Positions 18,838 through 20,000 of a DNA stretch of 20,000 nt are shown one piece after another. The position numbers were made by a program, and so were the translations under genes. A model generated the notes under the pieces. That model had not been told where the DNA came from. It saw only the letters and a list, made by a program, of their open reading frames with translations, and did not search any database. The stretch spans positions 3,871,691-3,891,690 of the forward strand of contig NC_057719.1 in NCBI RefSeq assembly GCF_004010195.1, in the 5' to 3' direction. Position 1 is the stretch's first letter. Every line of letters starts with the position of its first letter. The stretch comes from Chiloscyllium plagiosum. Lineage: Eukaryota.

Positions 18838-19770
18838 ATGGTTAGTCATTCGATTAAATGGTGCACCTGGAATATCAAGGGGAGTAATTCTCCAATCAAA
18901 AGGAAGAAAATATTATCAAACCTCAAAAAAGAAAGAGTTGATATAGCTCTCCTACAGGAGACACATTTATTGGATAAAGAACATTTAAAACTACAACAGG
19001 GTGGATTTGATCAGGCCTTCTTTTCTTCCTTCAGCTCAAAAAGTAGGGGAGTAGTCATTCCTATTTGGAAGAATCTCCTTTCAAAATCCTAAGTAAGATA
19101 AAAGATTAATCTGGATGATATATACTAAGTAAAGCCCTTATAAATGGAGAGGAATATGGATTTTAAATCTGTATTGTCCCCCAGCATATCCTTTCAAATT
19201 TAGGACGGAAGCCTTCTCCAAACTGATGGCTCTCGGGGCTCGTCATACAATTATAGTGGGAGACTTTAATTGCATTATGGAGCCGGAAATAAACAGGATA
19301 CCCAAGAGTAATGCGAGTATATCCCCCGGATCCAGACAATTGGTGGATTTGAATAAAGAATTAGGATTAGTAGATGTGTGGAGGTGGTAAATGTCACACT
19401 AGAATTGACATGATTTTTGCCCCCTTGACTTTTTAAAATTCCATATCATCCTGTAAAATAAGTGATATAATAATTTCTGATCACGCTGCTGTGAATATGG
19501 AAATCAAGGCTAGGAACAATGAGGCATCCCCCTGACATTGGTGTATGGGTTCCTTCTTAATGAAGGATAGTAAATTTGTAAAATATTTTTCTCAAGAGCT
19601 TAAAACTTTCTTGGAAATTAATTCAGGTACGGTAGTAATCTGTCAATGATGTGGGAGACTATTGAAGCTTATGCGCGAGGTCTGATCATTTCATACTCGG
19701 CAACCCAGAAAAAAATTAAAGGGAGAATAACAGCGTCTACTTGAGGCTCGCTTAAAAGCAGCTGAAACAG
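18838..19770 (+). pseudogene. L1 ORF2p APE endonuclease remnant
   Basis: TWNIKG, DIALLQETH, KSRGV, NLYCP, IIVGDFN, LVDVWR, TRIDMIF, ISDH and WETIEAYARG motifs occur across shifting frames. Confidence 0.9.
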
Positions 19771-20000
19771 CACAATCAGGACTCCGCCTCCAAGCTTACA
19801 TTCACAATCAGGACTCCCGCCCACCTTCCGAGGACCCCTTTGCCCACCTCCAACACACTGCATCCACCTGGACACCCCGCACTGGCCTATTACCTGCCCT
19901 CGACCTCTTCATTTCCAACTGCCGCCGGGACATTAACTGCCTCAACCTGTCTACCTCCCTCCCCCACTCCAACCTCTCACCCTCACAACGCACAGCCCTC
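19771..20000 (+). mobile_element. PLE ORF, N-terminal pre-RT region, running off the window
   Basis: RLQAYIHNQDSRPPSEDPFAHLQHTASTWTPRTGLLPALDLFISNCRRDINCLNLSTSLPHSNLSPSQRTAL, with an abrupt shift to C-rich sequence. Confidence 0.75.

Larger units (their letters stand above)
17317..19770 (+). mobile_element. L1-clade LINE, 5' half (5' UTR, ORF1, long spacer, ORF2 endonuclease); inactive
   Basis: YY1-type start, L1 ORF1 motifs and APE motifs occur in the expected order; stops, frameshifts and deletions are present. Confidence 0.9.

Overview
Eukaryotic, repeat-saturated intronic or intergenic DNA. The repeat inventory suggests a cartilaginous fish, probably a shark (inference): CR1/HER1-type LINE 3' ends, an HE1-like SINE, a Deu-domain SINE, several Penelope-like element (PLE) families and a decayed L1. 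No intact host gene can be named; a few possible exons lie in repeat-free islands at low confidence. Repeat family names are recalled from memory and repeat boundaries are approximate. Main observations: (1) six short PLE-derived inserts from about four sequence families, each starting at a minimal hammerhead-ribozyme motif whose stems co-vary between families; (2) two PLE inserts with fold-back structure, clean target-site duplications (TSDs) and identical right ends; (3) a 157-bp, 153/157-identical inverted copy of nearby non-repeat DNA inserted inside a SINE; (4) a ~1.1-kb degenerate GATTTATGAGG-type minisatellite split by nested retroelements; (5) the 5' half of an L1 with a YY1 motif, ORF1, a long G-tract-rich spacer and an APE endonuclease, interrupted by a PLE.
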